The notes under the pieces are model-generated. The model saw only the letters and a list, made by a program, of their open reading frames with translations. It searched no databases and was not told the DNA's origin. Below are positions 1 through 9,520 of a stretch of 64,000 nucleotides of DNA, in pieces. Within the stretch, counting starts at the first letter, position 1; each line of letters starts with the position of its first letter. The stretch is from the NCBI GenBank assembly GCA_035526765.1, contig DATLBS010000014.1:15612-79611 (forward strand), given 5' to 3'. This DNA is from Thermoplasmatota archaeon (GTDB taxonomy: Archaea > Thermoplasmatota > E2 > JACPAO01 > JAHFTW01). Both the position numbers and the translations under genes were made by a program.

Positions 1-12
1 GTCTCGCTGGTC

Positions 13-2097
13 TTGGGAATCCTGATCCCGGTGCGCTCGACTGGAGGCCCCTCGGGTCCCCTGCCGGCCCACGTGTCCACCGCCCTTGGGGCCAATGGCC
101 TGGCGCGGTTCTTGACGTACCCCGTACCAGCCGAGCTCCGGGAAGGGACAGGCCTGGCGCCCGGCACGCAACCCGTCGAGGCGGTGTACGAGTCCAGCGG
201 GGCGGAGCCCTCCATCGGCTTCAATCCGCGGTCGGGTGCCGTGCTCTACCAGGATGGTTCGCTGACCTACCGCGTCCGCTTCAGCCAGGGGGACGAGGCC
301 GCGGCGGCCTGGGATGACCGCACCTCCCCCTTTGCCGAATACAATCGCGACCCCATCCTGTTCACCGATGCGACGGGGCGCACCTTCGCGGGGGGGCTGA
401 TCGCCGCGGGGGGGTTCACGAACACGAAGGTCGTGCGGGCCTCCGTCCCCTTCGCGGGCACGCCCTGCAGCAACATCCAGTACACGGACGATGACGGCGC
501 CACCTGGCTGCGGTCGATCAACCCCTGCAGCCTCACCACGGACCATGAGACCATCGGTGGAGGACCCAGTTCGTCGTCGATGGTGGACGCCTTGCACAAG
601 CCCGTCATCTACTACTGCGCCCAGCAGTTGCCCACTGCGGTGCTCGGCCAACGCCAGTTCGAGGGGGCGCCGTCGCCTTCTCAATCGTCCGATTCCTGCT
701 CGGCGAGCCTGGACGGCGGCGTCACGTTCGGCCCTCCAGCCCTCCTGCCGGCCTGCGGTGGCCTGCACGGCCACATCAAGGTCGCGCAGGACGGCACCGC
801 CTACCTGCCCAACCGCCATTGCGCAGGCCGGGTGGGGGCCGCGACGACCTCCGACGATGGGCGCACGTGGCAGGGACACGGCATCCCCGGAAGCGAAGGG
901 GCCACCGGCTTCGACCCGTCCATCGGGATCACGCCGGACGGGACCGCCTACGAGGCCTGGAGCGGACGCGACGCCCATCCGCTTGTGGCCCGGACCAGGG
1001 ACCATGGCGCCTCGTGGTCGCCCATCACCGACCTCGCGTCCTCCGTGGATCCGCCCCTCACGGCCTCCACGCTTCATGCCGTGGTCGCGGGCGACGACGA
1101 CCGCGTGGCGGTGGCGTTCCTGGGCAGCACGACGCAGGACGAAGGCGACCCGTTCTCCTGCGAGTACGAAGGGACATGGGGCCTGTACATCGCCATGACC
1201 TACGACGGCGGCGCCCACTGGGCCACGTCCAAGGCGACGACCGACCCCGTCCAGCGCGGTGGAGTCTGGCCCAACGGGGGCACGGCGGTCTGCCGGAACC
1301 TTCTGGACTTCATGGATGCGACGAAGGACGCGCAAGGCCGCGTGCTGGTCGCGTTCACGGACGGCTGCGTGGATGCCTGCGCCCTCGCTGGCGGGACGAA
1401 GGGGGACTCCACCGGCCACTGGGCCACCATCGCGCGCCAAGCAACGGGCTGCAGCCTGCTCAAGGCCAGCGACCTCCCTGGCACCGATTGCACCGCCGAC
1501 CCCAACGAGATCCCCCTCCTGGCCATCCCGGGAGGTCCGGTCCAGACGGTCGCAGAAGGCGACACGCTGGCCTTCACGGTCGCCGCCAGCGACCCGGACG
1601 GCGACCCGGTGACCCTGTCCGCCCACGGCCTGCCGCCCGGTGCCGGCTTCGACCCCATGACGGGCGCCTTCGCGTGGACCCCTGACCCGGATGGCGCGGC
1701 AGGCTCCCCCTACAACGTCACCTTCGTGGCAGGCGATGGCCGGGGCGCGGCCCAGGTCGTGGTCGGCATCTTGGTCATGGACGTCGACCGCCCACCCGCC
1801 CTCGAGGCCCTCGCCGACCGCACCGTGGAGGAAGGGGATCCAGTGCGCATCGAAGTGCGCGCCACGGACCCGGGCGGCGACGCGCTGGTGCTGGACAGGC
1901 ACGGCCTCCCGGCGGGCGCGACGTTCACGGACCGCCACGATGGGACCGGCTGGTTCTCCTGGGTGCCAGGCAAGAAGACCGAAGGCACCCACGCCCTCAC
2001 GGCCACGGCCACCGACGGAGCAGGCCTGCAAGCCGCCACCAGCATGACCCTCCGGGTCCAGAAGCACCTGCAAGCCGCGACGCTCCTGTCGAGCTGA
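13..2097 (+). CDS. Secreted BNR (sialidase-like) repeat protein with two C-terminal Ig-like/He_PIG-type domains; probably 5'-truncated by the window edge
   Basis: Repeated S/T-x-D-x-G-x-T-W motifs (TDDDGATW, SDDGRTW, RDHGASW, YDGGAHW). C-terminal tandem roughly 90-aa acidic Ig-like repeats (DPDGDPVTLSAHGLP.. / DPGGDALVLDRHGLP..). The reading frame is open to position 1 and has no signal peptide, so the N-terminus is likely missing. Confidence 0.6.
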   Translation: MGILIPVRSTGGPSGPLPAHVSTALGANGLARFLTYPVPAELREGTGLAPGTQPVEAVYESSGAEPSIGFNPRSGAVLYQDGSLTYRVRFSQGDEAAAAWDDRTSPFAEYNRDPILFTDATGRTFAGGLIAAGGFTNTKVVRASVPFAGTPCSNIQYTDDDGATWLRSINPCSLTTDHETIGGGPSSSSMVDALHKPVIYYCAQQLPTAVLGQRQFEGAPSPSQSSDSCSASLDGGVTFGPPALLPACGGLHGHIKVAQDGTAYLPNRHCAGRVGAATTSDDGRTWQGHGIPGSEGATGFDPSIGITPDGTAYEAWSGRDAHPLVARTRDHGASWSPITDLASSVDPPLTASTLHAVVAGDDDRVAVAFLGSTTQDEGDPFSCEYEGTWGLYIAMTYDGGAHWATSKATTDPVQRGGVWPNGGTAVCRNLLDFMDATKDAQGRVLVAFTDGCVDACALAGGTKGDSTGHWATIARQATGCSLLKASDLPGTDCTADPNEIPLLAIPGGPVQTVAEGDTLAFTVAASDPDGDPVTLSAHGLPPGAGFDPMTGAFAWTPDPDGAAGSPYNVTFVAGDGRGAAQVVVGILVMDVDRPPALEALADRTVEEGDPVRIEVRATDPGGDALVLDRHGLPAGATFTDRHDGTGWFSWVPGKKTEGTHALTATATDGAGLQAATSMTLRVQKHLQAATLLSS

Positions 2098-2278
2098 AGC
2101 CAGGGACGCGCGGATCCGGATTGCGACCCGCGTGGCGCGAGCCGGAATGCCACGGGCCCGACATGTCCGGGCGACCATCCTCCAAGGGAGGCCGCCCTCC
2201 GCCGAAATCCGAGGTTTCCAGGAGATGCGGGCGTGCACATGCCAGCGCTTCTTTGGCATCCACCCCATTCCTGCGCCC

Positions 2279-4477
2279 ATGTCGCCGCGTCCCCTGGGGC
2301 TCCCTCGCGCAGCCTACTGGGCTTTCCTGTTCGTCTGCCTGCTGATCGGTGGGTCCATCGTGGCCATCGCCGACCACGTCCAGACCGAGAACGGCAAGGC
2401 CGTGAACTTCCACCACGGCACCGACGGCAATGAGTGGTGGGTCTCGGTCACCCTGTCCGGCACCGATGCCGGCACCGTCACGAAGGTCGAGGGCATGGAC
2501 ACGGGCGGCCCCTGGACGACCCTGGCCAAGCAGAGCTGGGGGGCTTACGCCGCCAGCTTCCACATCGAGCCGGGCCACCAGGTCCGCTTCCGCGCCACGT
2601 GGGGCAACGGCGTCGTGATCACCAGCTGCTGGTTCACGCACCCCGCCGGCGTGGAGCAGTGCGGCACCACGACAGGCACGACCACCTCCACCACGACCAG
2701 CACCACGACGACCCCGCCGCCCCCGCCCTCCGGCTGGCAGGTCGCCACGGTGGGCGAGGCCGGGACCGCCACGTACGGCGGCGACATGGCCATCGCGGAC
2801 ATCGACGGGGATGGCCGCCGCGACGTCGTGGTGGGACGCGGCAACGGCCTGCGCGCCTACGAGTGGACGGGCACCGCGTGGACGACGGAAGTCATCTCGG
2901 AGCGCCTCTTCGACGCCATCGCGGCGGGCGACGGCGACGTTGACGGCACCAGCGAGGTGTATGGTCTGGCCGTCGGCACGCCAGGCATGGACCTGCTGCA
3001 GTACCACAAGGTCAACGGCCTCTGGGTCGAGACCTTCGTGATGAAGCTCCAGGAACCGGTGGCTGGCGACATGACGATCGGCAACATCGACGGTGCCGCG
3101 GGCCCGGAACTGTACCTCGGGATGTACTACACCGAGTGCGACCCCGACCCGAACGTCCCCCTCTGCTCCTCCACCTCCCGGATCTACAAGGTGTGGCAAG
3201 ACACCGCATGGCGCTCCAGCATGATCGCGACACTGGCCGGCCACCTCGACTCGATGTGGATCGGCGACGGCGACAACGACGGCTCCTCCGAGCTGTACGT
3301 GGGCCACGGCACCCGGCACGCCGACCGCACCTCGCAGGTGAAGCTGGTCTCAGGCACGTGGCGGGTCGTCGGGTTCTCCGGCTCCGGCTCCGACTCCGGT
3401 TTCTCGCTGGTGGTGGTGGGCGACGGCGACCGCGACGGCCGCAACGAGGTCTACCAGGTCAACTACTACGGCGTCTTCCTGAAGCACTTCTACACCGCGG
3501 CCAACGGCTGGGACTACGACACCATGTTCGGCTTCAACGGCATGACGTCCCCCGAGGGGTACGAGGTGCACCCGACCAGCCTGTTCCTCGGCGATGCCGA
3601 CAACGATGGCGCCCAGGAGCTCTACATGGCCACGGACAATGGCGAGGTCTACCAGGTGCGCTGGAGCGGCTCCGCGTGGGTCGCGACCCGCATCGCGTAC
3701 CCCCAGGACCCTTACCGCGGCACGGGCGGCGCGGGTCTCCTCGTCGTGGGGGACGGCGACGGCGACGGGCGCCGCGAGGTCTACACCGCCATCTCGTTCT
3801 ACATGGCCAACACGGGCGAGGCCGGCGTGTCCCGCGTCTTCAAGGTCTTCCTGCCCCCCTCCGGCTTCGATGCCACCTTCAAGGGAGTGCGCGGCAACGA
3901 GTGGTGGGAGCAGGTCACGGTCACCACGACCGGTGGCACCCTGTCCAGGGTCGACATCCGCCTCAACGGCGGCGCCTGGCAGCCCCTCCAGAAGCAGTCC
4001 TGGGGCGGCTACGCGGCCAGCTACCGCGCCGTGCAGGGCACCATCGTGCAGTTCCGCGCCACCAGCACCACCGGCGCAACCGAACTCAGCGACTGCTACC
4101 GCTGGGTCCCGCCCTCGAACACGGACGCCACGAAGGTGACGTGCCCAGGCTCGACCGGCACCACCACGACCACCACGACGTCCACCACCGGGACCACGAC
4201 TGGAGCCTTCGACGCGACCTTCAGCGGCGTCTCCGGCAACGAGTGGTGGGTGCAGGCCACCGTCAAGGCGAACCAGCCCTTGCAGAAGGTGGAGGCGCGC
4301 ATCGACTGCGGCAGCACGTACCACCTCCTTGCGAAGCAGTCGTGGGGCGGATGGGCGGCAAGCTTCCACGTCCCCGACGGCTCCAAGGTGACGTTCCGCG
4401 CCACCTCGGGCACGGGTGCCACCGATTCCTCGGGCGGGTACATCTGGCCGGGCGCGACCCCCACGGGAGGATGCTGA
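2279..4477 (+). CDS. Membrane-anchored or secreted FG-GAP (integrin-alpha-like, Ca-binding DxDxDG) beta-propeller protein with three copies of a roughly 85-aa NEWW..QSWGG(Y/W)A beta-sandwich (putative carbohydrate-binding) domain and Thr/Pro-rich linkers
   Basis: ATG at 2279 precedes a hydrophobic signal/anchor (AYWAFLFVCLLIGGSIVAIA). FG-GAP-like loops: IADIDGDGRRDVVVG, VGDGDRDGRNEVY, LGDADNDGAQELY, VGDGDGDGRREVY. The domain FDATF.GV.GNEWW.QVTV...QSWGG.AAS..V..G..V.FRATS is present three times. Linkers TTTGTTTSTTTSTTTTPPPPP. Confidence 0.75.
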   Translation: MSPRPLGLPRAAYWAFLFVCLLIGGSIVAIADHVQTENGKAVNFHHGTDGNEWWVSVTLSGTDAGTVTKVEGMDTGGPWTTLAKQSWGAYAASFHIEPGHQVRFRATWGNGVVITSCWFTHPAGVEQCGTTTGTTTSTTTSTTTTPPPPPSGWQVATVGEAGTATYGGDMAIADIDGDGRRDVVVGRGNGLRAYEWTGTAWTTEVISERLFDAIAAGDGDVDGTSEVYGLAVGTPGMDLLQYHKVNGLWVETFVMKLQEPVAGDMTIGNIDGAAGPELYLGMYYTECDPDPNVPLCSSTSRIYKVWQDTAWRSSMIATLAGHLDSMWIGDGDNDGSSELYVGHGTRHADRTSQVKLVSGTWRVVGFSGSGSDSGFSLVVVGDGDRDGRNEVYQVNYYGVFLKHFYTAANGWDYDTMFGFNGMTSPEGYEVHPTSLFLGDADNDGAQELYMATDNGEVYQVRWSGSAWVATRIAYPQDPYRGTGGAGLLVVGDGDGDGRREVYTAISFYMANTGEAGVSRVFKVFLPPSGFDATFKGVRGNEWWEQVTVTTTGGTLSRVDIRLNGGAWQPLQKQSWGGYAASYRAVQGTIVQFRATSTTGATELSDCYRWVPPSNTDATKVTCPGSTGTTTTTTTSTTGTTTGAFDATFSGVSGNEWWVQATVKANQPLQKVEARIDCGSTYHLLAKQSWGGWAASFHVPDGSKVTFRATSGTGATDSSGGYIWPGATPTGGC

Positions 4478-4478
4478 C

Positions 4479-6674
4479 ATGGGACCCGCCAAGCTTGGCC
4501 AGACCCTGGGGGCCCTGGGCATCGTCGCCCTGCTGGCCCTCGTGACGCCCGCCCTCGCGAACCACACGCAGACCGACCTCGGAAAATCGATCAGCTTCGA
4601 CCACAAGACGGGCAACGCCTACTGGGTCGAGGTCACGATCGGCGGCGCTGACGCAGGACGCGTCACCAAGGTCGAGGCCCAGGTGGCGCCTCCCTCCAGC
4701 CACGGCTGGACCGTGCTGCCGAAGCAGAGCTGGGGCGCCTACGGCGGCAGCTTCCCTATCGGCACGGACGCCTACATCCGCTTCCGCGCCACCTTCACGG
4801 ACGGCGTGCAGGCGGTGTCGTGCTGGTTCGCGCACCCCGTGGGCACGGAGACCTGCTCCCATGCCCCGCCGCCCGGCAACTGGCGCTCGAGCCTCGTCGG
4901 TTCCGCCGGCCCCGGCTTCGGCGGCGAGTCCGTCGTGGTCGACGTCGACTTCGACGGTGTCGGCGAAGTGCTGGTGGCCTCGGAGGAGGCGGTCTACATG
5001 TTCGACCACACGGCGACGGGCTGGACCCGCAGCACCGCCTTCGCCAGTGGCCCGGACCAGGACTTCCGCCTCATCGCCGTGGGGACCACCGACAACGACG
5101 TCGTCCAGGAGGTCTACACCGTGGGCCGCCACTACGATGGGGAACGGTCCTACGACCGGCTCATGTGGCACCATTTCACCGGCGAGCGGTGGTCCAGCGA
5201 GGTCGTGTGGGACTTCCGCGGCGTAAGCGACATCCTGATCGGCAACATCGATGACGCGGGGGCAAGCGAGCTCCTGGTGGTCACCAACGACGGCTCCAAC
5301 AGCATCGTCTATAGCATCGAGCGCACGCCCGGGCAGTTCTTCTTCACGGAGATCGCACGCACGCCGCACGAGCTGCCCCTTGGCCGCGCCGCCGTGGGCG
5401 ACGCCGACCGGGACGGCGACCAGGAGCTGTACGTCCTGCACGGCCGCGACTCCGTGTTCACGACGGGCGTGCTGCGCGTCGACTGGACCGGGACCGGCTA
5501 CACCCAGGACTTCCTCTTCGAGGGGGACTATGGCACCGAGCTCAACGGCTTCGTGGCCGGCGACGGCGACAACGACGGCCTGCAGGAGCTGTACCTCCTC
5601 GACTCGGCGTTCTTCCCGGACGAGACCAGCACCCTGCACCGCTTCTCGATGCACGCGACGGGCTGGACGCACACCACGATCCCGCTCGGCAAGGGCCTCC
5701 ATTACGACCTTGAGCTGGGGGACGGCAACGGGGACGGGTTCAGCGAACTCTACTCCGGCACCCTGCAAGGCCACCTGGCGCAAGTGATGTGGAGCAGGAC
5801 CAGCTCGGCCTGGGTGGTGCGGGCGGTCTACCAGCTGGGCTCCGGCGAGTTCCTGCAGGATGTCTCCATCGGCGACACCGAGGGCGACGGCAGGCAGGAG
5901 GTGTACGGGCTCTCCTACGACGCCATCGTCGACGTGTGCTGCCCGACGACGCACCTCCACCGCTTCGCGCCGCTTGCCTCCACCACCACGACCAGCACCA
6001 GCGCCACGACGACCACCTCGGGCACGACGACCAGCGCCACGACGACGGGCACGGGCGGCTTCGACGCGACGTTCGAGGGAGTCCGCGGCAACGCCTGGTG
6101 GGAGCAGGTCACCGTCACGACGACGGGCGGCACCCTCTCCAAGGTGGACGTCCGCCTCAACGGCGGCGCCTGGCAACCCCTGCAGAAGCAGTCGTGGGGC
6201 GGCTACGCGGGGAGCTACCACGCCGTCCAGGGCACCATCGTCCAGTTCCGCGCCACGAGCGCCACGGGGGCCACCGACCTGAGCGGGTGCTACCGCTGGA
6301 TCTCGCCGTCGAACACGGATGCCGCAACCACTTCCTGTCCTGGCGGCGGAGGCACCACGACGACGTCCAGCACCTCGGCCTCGTCGACCACCAGCTCCGG
6401 CGGGTTCGACGCGACGTTCTCGGGCGTGCAGGGCAACGAGTGGTGGGTGCAGGCCACCGTGAAGGCCAACCAGGCCATCGCGGGCGTGGACGCGCGCGTC
6501 AACTGCGGCGCCTGGCAGGTGCTGGCCAAGCAGAGCTGGGGCGGCTGGGCTGCAAGCTTCCACGTGCCTGACGGCTCCAAGGTGGACTTCCGGGCCCGCA
6601 GCACGACGGGGACCCAGGACGTCTCGGGCGGCTACGTCTGGCCCTCCGCCACGCCAACGAGCGCGTGCCCATGA
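4479..6674 (+). CDS. Tandem paralog of the preceding gene: signal peptide, one NxWW beta-sandwich domain, FG-GAP repeats, Thr-rich linker, two more beta-sandwich domains
   Basis: Starts 2 nt after the upstream stop. Signal peptide MGPAKLGQTLGALGIVALLALVTPALA. Domains 2 and 3 are about 85-90% identical at protein level to the corresponding domains of the upstream gene. FG-GAP-like loops: VGDADRDGDQELY, AGDGDNDGLQELY, LGDGNGDGFSELY, IGDTEGDGRQEVY. Confidence 0.75.
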   Translation: MGPAKLGQTLGALGIVALLALVTPALANHTQTDLGKSISFDHKTGNAYWVEVTIGGADAGRVTKVEAQVAPPSSHGWTVLPKQSWGAYGGSFPIGTDAYIRFRATFTDGVQAVSCWFAHPVGTETCSHAPPPGNWRSSLVGSAGPGFGGESVVVDVDFDGVGEVLVASEEAVYMFDHTATGWTRSTAFASGPDQDFRLIAVGTTDNDVVQEVYTVGRHYDGERSYDRLMWHHFTGERWSSEVVWDFRGVSDILIGNIDDAGASELLVVTNDGSNSIVYSIERTPGQFFFTEIARTPHELPLGRAAVGDADRDGDQELYVLHGRDSVFTTGVLRVDWTGTGYTQDFLFEGDYGTELNGFVAGDGDNDGLQELYLLDSAFFPDETSTLHRFSMHATGWTHTTIPLGKGLHYDLELGDGNGDGFSELYSGTLQGHLAQVMWSRTSSAWVVRAVYQLGSGEFLQDVSIGDTEGDGRQEVYGLSYDAIVDVCCPTTHLHRFAPLASTTTTSTSATTTTSGTTTSATTTGTGGFDATFEGVRGNAWWEQVTVTTTGGTLSKVDVRLNGGAWQPLQKQSWGGYAGSYHAVQGTIVQFRATSATGATDLSGCYRWISPSNTDAATTSCPGGGGTTTTSSTSASSTTSSGGFDATFSGVQGNEWWVQATVKANQAIAGVDARVNCGAWQVLAKQSWGGWAASFHVPDGSKVDFRARSTTGTQDVSGGYVWPSATPTSACP

Positions 6675-6803
6675 ACGCTGCCCCGTGATCGGGTCGCAGT
6701 CGCCTTCTTCCTTCTTTCCCATCCCTTCATTCCAAGGGCCGGCGCGATCCAGGCAGGTTCTTTCTGACCCCGCAGGCACTCAACGCAAACGATAAACCCC
6801 AGG

Positions 6804-7421
6804 GTGGCCGTGCCGACGCCCATGGTGGCCCCACGCCTCGCCTTTTCCCTCGCCTGCATGTTCCTGGTCGGCGCCCTTGCGGGGTGCGCGGCGGATGGCG
6901 ACAGCACGGCCAGCGCCTACGTGAAGGACTCCGTCTCCACGAGTTTCCGCGAGGTCCACCTCGTCATCACCGGGGTCTCCATCCACCAGTCCGGGGGGGG
7001 CAACGAGACGTCCGGTTGGAAGGACCTCTTCAACGGGCCGGGCACGGACGTGAACCTCATGAACGCAAGCGGGTCGAAGGCGTTCTTCCTCGGGCGCACC
7101 GACCTGGCCGCCGGCAAGTACCAGCAGATGCGCATCCAGGCCAGCAGCGCCTACGGCATCGACATGGCCGGGGCCCATGTCGCCATCAGCCTCCCCGACA
7201 AGGACCTCAAGGTCGTGAAGGGCTTCAAGCTCGAGGCCGGCAAGGAGACCCAGCTGGTCCTGGACATCGACCTCGAGAAGTCCCTCAAGCAGGACAAGAG
7301 CGGCGCCTGGGAGTTCAAGCCCGTCATCGGCAAGCTCTACGCCGGCATCAAGGAGAAGGGCGACAAGCCGTCCGGCGGGGAACTCAAGGACGTCGACCTG
7401 AAGGACGACGCCACGGAGTGA
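6804..7421 (+). CDS. Lipoprotein, DUF4382-like (signal peptide + lipobox Cys)
   Basis: N-terminus LAFSLACMFLVGALAGCAADGD (lipobox). Body resembles DUF4382 lipoproteins (HLVITGVSIH.., KVVKGFKLEAGKETQLVLDIDLEKSL). Start could be GTG at 6804 or ATG at 6822. Confidence 0.55.
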   Translation: MAVPTPMVAPRLAFSLACMFLVGALAGCAADGDSTASAYVKDSVSTSFREVHLVITGVSIHQSGGGNETSGWKDLFNGPGTDVNLMNASGSKAFFLGRTDLAAGKYQQMRIQASSAYGIDMAGAHVAISLPDKDLKVVKGFKLEAGKETQLVLDIDLEKSLKQDKSGAWEFKPVIGKLYAGIKEKGDKPSGGELKDVDLKDDATE

Positions 7422-7610
7422 TCCCGCGGGACCCCCATCGGCCTCGCATCCCACCTCGGCCTTTCCTCCCCTGCGTTCGTCTCCGGTCCGTCCCCGGTCT
7501 CAGTCGGTCTCAGGCGTCGACCTAAAGGCTATAAACAAGGACCGGTCCTGGCCGCATCACCCACCCGTGGTGCCCCACCCAGGGCGCCGTTGGGAACCGA
7601 AGGTCCGACC

Positions 7611-7904
7611 ATGCCCGTCCGCTCCAAGGGGCTCCGCTCCAAGACCCGCCACCTGCTGCTGAAGGACCCCCGCAAGCGCGGCGTCCTGCCGCCCAACCGC
7701 GTCCTCGCGGACTTCCCCATCGGCAGCCGCGTCGCCATCAAGATGGAGCCCTCCCAGCACAAGGGCATGACCCACAAGCGCTTCCAGGGCCTCACCGGCA
7801 CCATCGCCTCCAAGCAGGGCGTCGCCTTCGTCGTCGACGTCATGCACGGCAACATGGCCAAGACCCTGGTCGTCCGCGCCGAGCACCTGCTCGCCCTCGA
7901 GTAA
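7611..7904 (+). CDS. rpl21e: 50S ribosomal protein L21e
   Basis: MPVRSKGLRSKTRHLL..KRFQGLTGTI..VVDV is the canonical L21e sequence. ATG at 7611 is preferred over the longer track ORF. Confidence 0.9.
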   Translation: MPVRSKGLRSKTRHLLLKDPRKRGVLPPNRVLADFPIGSRVAIKMEPSQHKGMTHKRFQGLTGTIASKQGVAFVVDVMHGNMAKTLVVRAEHLLALE

Positions 7905-7914
7905 GGTGCCTGCC

Positions 7915-8280
7915 ATGAGCGATGTCGATGTCATCCTGGAGGAGGCCGCCGAGCAGGGCCGCCTCGTCCCCCTCGCCGAAGTGAAGGCGATGCTGGAGAA
8001 GGCGCAGAAGGACCGCGAGGAGCTCACGTACGAGCAGAAGATCGCGATGGAGCACGCCAAGCGCTTCAGCCGCGTCGACCCCAAGGTCGCCAAGAAGATC
8101 GTCGCGGAGGTCCAGAAGGCCTTCCCCGACCTCGAGGAGAAGTTCGCCGTCCGCGTCGCGGACCTCCTGCCGCAGCACCCCGACGATGTGCGCGCCCTGT
8201 TCCAGAAGTCCCGCCACGAGCTCACGGACGCGGACATCGAGGGCGTCATCGGCATCGTCGACGCCAACTACACTGCCTAG
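7915..8280 (+). CDS. rpoF: DNA-directed RNA polymerase subunit Rpo4/F
   Basis: Roughly 120-aa protein MSDVDVILEEAAEQGRLVPLAEVKAMLE.., typical of Rpo4/F. It sits directly after L21e and before DUF655, a conserved euryarchaeal cluster. Confidence 0.85.
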   Translation: MSDVDVILEEAAEQGRLVPLAEVKAMLEKAQKDREELTYEQKIAMEHAKRFSRVDPKVAKKIVAEVQKAFPDLEEKFAVRVADLLPQHPDDVRALFQKSRHELTDADIEGVIGIVDANYTA

Positions 8281-8289
8281 GCGTGCCCC

Positions 8290-8874
8290 ATGGAAGACTA
8301 CGTCCACATCCTTGATTTCCTGCCCCACGGCCGGCCCGACGCGCCCCCCGCGCGCCGCGAGCCCACCCTGATGGGCCTGGGCGAGCAGCAGTTCACGCTG
8401 TTCGAGCTCGTCCCCAAGCCGGGCGCCAGCTTCACCATCGGCGACCGCGCCTACGTCGGCAAGGACGTGGACCAGCGCAGCCTCGTGCAGAAGATCCGCG
8501 GCCGCATCATGTACCACGAGCTGACCCCCGCGGCGCACGGCGAGCTGCCGTACGTCATCGAGGACATCGTGCGCGCCGACCCGAACCGGTTCCTCAAGTT
8601 CTTCAACGACGCCCCCAGCATCTCGGTGCGCTACCACGCCCTCGAGCTCCTGCCCGGCATCGGCAAGAAGTCGGTGGAGCACCTCGTGCACGAACGCAAG
8701 ACGCCGTTTGCCACCCTCGAGGACCTGGAGACGCGCGGCAAGGTCGCCAACCCGATGAAGGTCATCGTGGGCCGCATCCTGCACGAGCTGCAGGACCCCA
8801 CGGAGAAGTACCACATCTTCGTGCGCCCCCCCGCCCAGGAGCGGGACGAGTGGCGCGGCCCCAGGCGCAACTAG
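8290..8874 (+). CDS. DUF655-family protein (archaeal, putative RNA-binding; conserved L21e-Rpo4-DUF655 neighbourhood)
   Basis: MEDYVHILDFLPHGRP...GEQQFTLFELVPK... is the characteristic DUF655 N-terminus. Conserved synteny. Confidence 0.8.
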   Translation: MEDYVHILDFLPHGRPDAPPARREPTLMGLGEQQFTLFELVPKPGASFTIGDRAYVGKDVDQRSLVQKIRGRIMYHELTPAAHGELPYVIEDIVRADPNRFLKFFNDAPSISVRYHALELLPGIGKKSVEHLVHERKTPFATLEDLETRGKVANPMKVIVGRILHELQDPTEKYHIFVRPPAQERDEWRGPRRN

Positions 8875-8913
8875 CCGACCAATCGAGGGGTTCGTGGGAG
8901 TCTCCGGGCTGTC

Positions 8914-9230
8914 GGGCGCTCCGCGTTCAATTCTGGATCATTGACGGTCCAACACCCCTGTGACGTGGGGCGGCGGGCACCAGAAAGATGCCGCCGAACC
9001 TTGCTAAGCAGCCATGTGCGGCCGCAGGCCGCACGACGCAGGGTGGCGACGGACCTTTCCGTCGGCGTGGAGCGCACGGCACCCGACTAGCCACGAACCC
9101 ACGGAGGACACGGAAGCATTGTTTGGGAGCATCCCCGGGGCTCCGTGGTTTCCGTGGCTGGCGGCGGCAGGCGCGCCTTCGGCGCGCCCCATTCCATCGC
9201 ACGCAACAACAAGAACCCCCAATCAGACCG
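8914..9230. repeat. Intergenic mosaic repeat: 'GCGCTCCGCGTTCAATTCTGGA...AACACCCCTGTGACG' module followed by a GC hairpin with CUUCGG loop and 'CAACAACAAGAACCCC' tail
   Basis: Related copies at about 33613-33800, 44822-44895 and 63843-63915. Hairpin GGCGCGCC-TTCG-GCGCGCC at about 9166-9186. Confidence 0.5.
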
Positions 9231-9520
9231 GGATGGAATCCATTGTCCTTTGAGGGGGCGCAGGCCCCTCCTGTCGCGCATGTGCACGGAGCGAGGCGTT
9301 CTTCCCCACAAAACCCACAAGATTCTCTGCGGAACCGGCGTCTAGTGTCCACAAACCCCGCTTCCCCTGACGCCGTGCCACTTATGACACGCACTTCCCT
9401 TGGGTCACTGCTTGAAGGTCTTCGACGGCCCAATCCAGGACCAGCACGGACCGGTCCGTGCACACCCGCGACACGGAGGGCCTGCGGCCCTCCAAGGGAC
9501 AACCCGGAAGGGGGGCCCAA

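Noticed and set aside
8914-8975. GCGCTCCGCGTTCAATTCTGGA module as a tRNA 3' fragment (integration att site)
   Set aside because: Although CGCGTTCAATTC superficially resembles a T-loop, no flanking T-stem or acceptor-stem complementarity could be found in any copy.
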